Virus record (IMG/VR): IMGVR_UViG_3300020045_000481
Coordinates: 1-26,288 of that record
Strand: one strand, 5' to 3'
Source: a virus
Lineage: Duplodnaviria; Caudoviricetes
Length of the DNA stretch: 26,288 bases
The notes under the pieces are model-generated. The model saw nothing but the letters and a program-made list of their open reading frames with translations. It was not told the origin of the DNA and ran no database searches. The position numbers and the translations under genes are program-made. The first letter of the stretch is position 1. The number at the start of each line of letters is the position of its first letter. Below are positions 25,834 through 26,288 of this stretch, piece by piece.

Positions 25834-26288
25834 GTGAATGCTGTAGCGACGACGGATGAGAGGTCTGAGTTGCGGGAGGTGGTGAAGTCCACGAGGGCGG
25901 AGTGGAGGGAGAGGTTATCGCTGGCGAGCAAGGTATCGCCGGACTCGAAGTTGGGGAAGAGGGTTGGGGTGTTGTTGCTGGATTTGGAGTTGTTGGAGGA
26001 GCGGATAGCGGAGGTTGGTGGTGAGGAGGAGTTGGTATTTGTGATTTGTGCGCAGGTGGCGAGTGGGGTGACGTTGACGGATTGGTGTGAGCACTATGTG
26101 ATTGAGAGGGGGTTGGTGTGGGCGTTTTTGACGGAGACGCCGGAGCGGTTTGAGAGGTATCAGAGGGCGTTGAGGGGAATAGCGGACGGGTATGTGGAGG
26201 AGACGGTGGGGATAGCTCGTGGGGCGACGGACGACACGCTGGAGGTAAATAAATTTCAGGCCAAGACGTTGATGGATGTGGCGCGGGT
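25834..26288 (+). CDS. terminase small subunit-like protein B (Sf6 gp1-like), 3' end outside window; not in ORF track
   Basis: GGAGG RBS 25823-25827, GTG start, open to window end: ...VICAQVASGVTLTDWCEHYVIERGLVWAFLTETPERFERYQRALRGIADGYVEETVGIARGATDDTLEVNKFQAKTLMDVAR. Confidence 0.75.
   Translation, partial: MNAVATTDERSELREVVKSTRAEWRERLSLASKVSPDSKLGKRVGVLLLDLELLEERIAEVGGEEELVFVICAQVASGVTLTDWCEHYVIERGLVWAFLTETPERFERYQRALRGIADGYVEETVGIARGATDDTLEVNKFQAKTLMDVAR

Noticed and set aside
25638-25931. 97-aa minus-strand ORF
   Set aside because: Overlaps antisense to the better-supported TerS-like B gene; His/Leu/Ser composition reflects the strand skew
1-26288. Stop-codon reassignment, tRNA genes, integrase/att sites
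   Set aside because: All core genes are full length in the standard code; no cloverleaf, integrase or host genes seen, so prophage versus free phage cannot be decided

Overview
The window holds the whole late (morphogenesis and lysis) region of a P22-like podophage of a Gram-negative host, read on the minus strand. Gene order: small terminase-like gene, TerL, portal, fibre module, HNH, scaffold, P22-type coat, adaptor (gp4-like), gp10-like hub, needle-like protein, three ejection proteins, two paralogous tail fibres, then holin(s)/endolysin/Rz/Rz1. At the left it converges on a short + strand operon that begins with the C-terminus of a lambda-exonuclease/YqaJ-like gene. Three things stand out. 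(1) A full-length LAGLIDADG intein (392 aa) interrupts a putative virion fibre/LamG-like protein rather than a DNA-metabolism enzyme. (2) Two different TerS-like genes, the second missed by the ORF track, are transcribed divergently around a ~780 bp non-coding region with mirror-image G/C strand skew, inverted repeats, short iterated motifs and a promoter/operator pair. (3) A small HExxH lipoprotein and a free-standing HNH gene sit within the head genes. All product calls come from motif recognition and gene order, not from database searches.
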